NCBI RefSeq assembly: GCF_963921235.1
Contig: NC_086101.1
Span: forward strand, 10,170,001 to 10,234,000
DNA length: 64,000 bases
DNA from: Mobula hypostoma
Lineage: Eukaryota
Direction: 5' to 3'
Positions 61,663-64,000 of the stretch are shown here, piece after piece. The position numbers and the translations under genes are program-made. The notes below the pieces were generated by a model. The model was given only the letters and a program-made list of their open reading frames with translations. It was not told where the DNA came from and did not search any database. The stretch's first letter is position 1, and the number at the start of each line of letters is the position of its first letter.

Positions 61663-63990
61663 TTCCTTGACACAATATGTAGATAAGCCTACTAGAGGAG
61701 AGGCTGTACTTGATCTGGTATTGGGAAATGAACCTGGTCAGGTGTCAGGTCTCTCAGTGGGAGAGCATTTTGGAGATAGTGATCACAATTCTACCTCCTT
61801 TACCACAGCATTGGAGAGGGATAGGAACAGACAAGTTTGGGAAACATTTAACTGGAGGAAGGGGAAATATGAGGCTATGAGGCAGGAACTTGGAAGCATA
61901 AATTGGAACCAGATGTTCTCAGGGAAACGTACGGAAGAAATTTGGCAAATGTTCAGGATATATTTGGTGGGGTTCTGAGTAGGTACATTCCAATGAAACA
62001 TGGAAAGGATGGTAGGGTACAAAGGCTGTTGTAAGTCCAGTCAAGAAGAAAAGAAGAGCTTACAAAAGATTCAACAAAACTAGGTAATGACAGGAATCTG
62101 GAAGATTATAAGGCTAGCAGCAAGGAGCTTAACAATGAAATTAGGAGAGCCAGAAGGGGCCATGAGAAGGTCCTGGTGGACAGAATTAAGGAAAACCCCA
62201 AGGCAGCCTACAAGTATGTGAAAAGCAAGTGGGTAAGACATGAGAGAATAGGACCAATCAAGTGTGACAGTGGAAAAGTGTGTCTGGAACCGGTGGTACT
62301 TAATGAGTACTTTGCTTCAGTATTCACTGCGGAAAAGGATCTTGGCGATTGTAGGGATGACTTACAGCAGACTGAAAAGCTTGAACATGTAGACATTAAG
62401 AAAGAGGATGTGCTGGAGCTTTTAGAAAGCATCAAATTGGATAACTCACTGGGACCGGACAGGATGTACCCCAGGCTACTGTGGGAAGCAAGGGAGGAAA
62501 TTGCTGAACCTCTGGCAATGATCTTTGCATCATGAATGAGGACGGGAGAGGTTCTGGAGGATTTGAGGGTTGCGAATGTAGTTCCCTTATTCATGGAAAG
62601 GAGAAGAGATAGCTCAGGAAATTATAGACTAGTGAGTCTTACTTCAGTGGTTGGTAAATTGATGAAGAAGATCCTGAGAGGCAGGATTTATGACCATTTG
62701 GAGAGACATAATATGGTTAGGAATAGTCAGCATGGATTTGTCAAAGGCAAGTCGTGCCTAACAAGCCTGACTGAATTTTTTGAGGTTGTGACTAAACACA
62801 TTGATGAAGGTAGAGCAGTAGATATAATGTATATGAATTTTAGCAAGGCATTTAATAAAGTACCCCATGCCAGCCTTATTGAAAAAGTAAGGAGGCATGG
62901 GATCCAAGGGGACATTGCTTTGTGGATCCAGAACTGGCTTGCCCACGGAAGTTAATGAGTGATTGTTGATGGGTCATATTCTGAATGGAGGCCACTGACT
63001 AGTTGTGTGCCTCAGGGATCTGTTCTGGGACCCCTTCTCTTTGAGATTTTCATAAATGAGCTGGATGAGGAAGTGGAGGGATGAGTTAGTAAATTTGCTG
63101 ATGACACAAAGGTTGGGGGTGTTGTCGATAGTGTGGAGGGTTGTCAGAGGTTACAATGGGACATTGATAGGATGCAAAACTGGGCTGAGAAGTGGCAGAT
63201 GGAGTTCAACCCAGATAAGTGTGAGGTGGTTCCTTTTGGTAGGTCAAATATGATGGCAGAATATAGCATTAATGGTCACACTCTTGGCGGTGTGGAGGAT
63301 CAGAGGGATTTTGGGGTCCGAGTCCATAGGACACTCAAAGCTGCTACTCAGGTTGACTCTGTGGCAAAGAAGGCATATGATGTATTGGCCTTCATCAATT
63401 GTGGGATTGAGTTTCAGAGCTGAGAGGTAATGTTGTAGCTACAGTATATAGGGCCCTGATCAGACCGCACTTGGAGTACTGTGCTTAATTCTGGTTGCCT
63501 CACTACAAGAAGGATGTGGAAACCATAGAATGGGTGCAAGGAGATTTACAAGGATGTTGCCTGGATGTGGGAACATGCGTTATGAGAATTGGTTGAGTGA
63601 AGTTGGCCTTTTCTCCTTGGAGCGACGGAGGATGAGAGGTGACTTGATAGAGGTGTAGAAGATAATGAGAGGCATTGATCGCGTGGATAGTCAGAGGCTT
63701 TTTCCCAGGGCTGAAATGGCTAGCACGAGAGGGCATAGTTTTAAAGTGCTTGGAAGTAGGTACAGAGATGTCAGGGGTAAGTTTTTTACACAGAGAGTGG
63801 TGAGTGCATGGAATGGGCTGCTGGTAGTGGTGGTGGAGGTGGAAATCTTAGGGTGTTTTAAAAAACTCCTGGATGGCTACATGGAGCTTAGAAAAATAGA
63901 GGGCTGTGGGTGAAGCCTAGGTAGGGACAGCTTTGTGGGCTGAAGGGCCTGTATTGTGCTGTAGGTTTTCTATGTTTCTGTGTTTCTAGA
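61663..63990 (+). mobile_element. CR1 LINE ORF2 (decayed) and 3' tail
   Basis: GEHFGDSDHN, KENPKA, SQHGFVKG, KFADDTK, FFTQRVVSAWN. Confidence 0.93.
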
Positions 63991-64000
63991 TTTAACCTAT

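Overview
Vertebrate genomic DNA. The repeat landscape (CR1, Rex1/Babar, Penelope, V-type SINEs) suggests a cartilaginous fish, probably a ray or skate, but this is an inference. I can support one host protein-coding gene: an 8-exon butyrophilin-like gene on the + strand (10317-43367) that the ORF track shows only in part. Its domain order is signal peptide, IgV, IgC, transmembrane, three microexons (33/27/27 bp) and B30.2/PRY-SPRY. All introns are GT-AG and phase 1, and the spliced ORF is 484 aa with no internal stop. A CpG-rich promoter/first-exon candidate of a further gene lies at about 55.7-56.2 kb. Nearly everything else is nested, mostly decayed transposons: CR1, Rex1/Babar, L1, Tx1, Penelope-like elements with minimal hammerhead-ribozyme motifs, two hAT elements, Tc1-like MITEs, SINEs, a solo LTR, plus a 58-bp minisatellite. 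Most ORFs in the supplied track are TE fragments or antisense shadows. I cannot demonstrate a wholly new biological system. The best leads are the butyrophilin gene with its unusual features and the dispersed hammerhead motif family. TE boundaries are approximate unless TSDs or TIRs are quoted.
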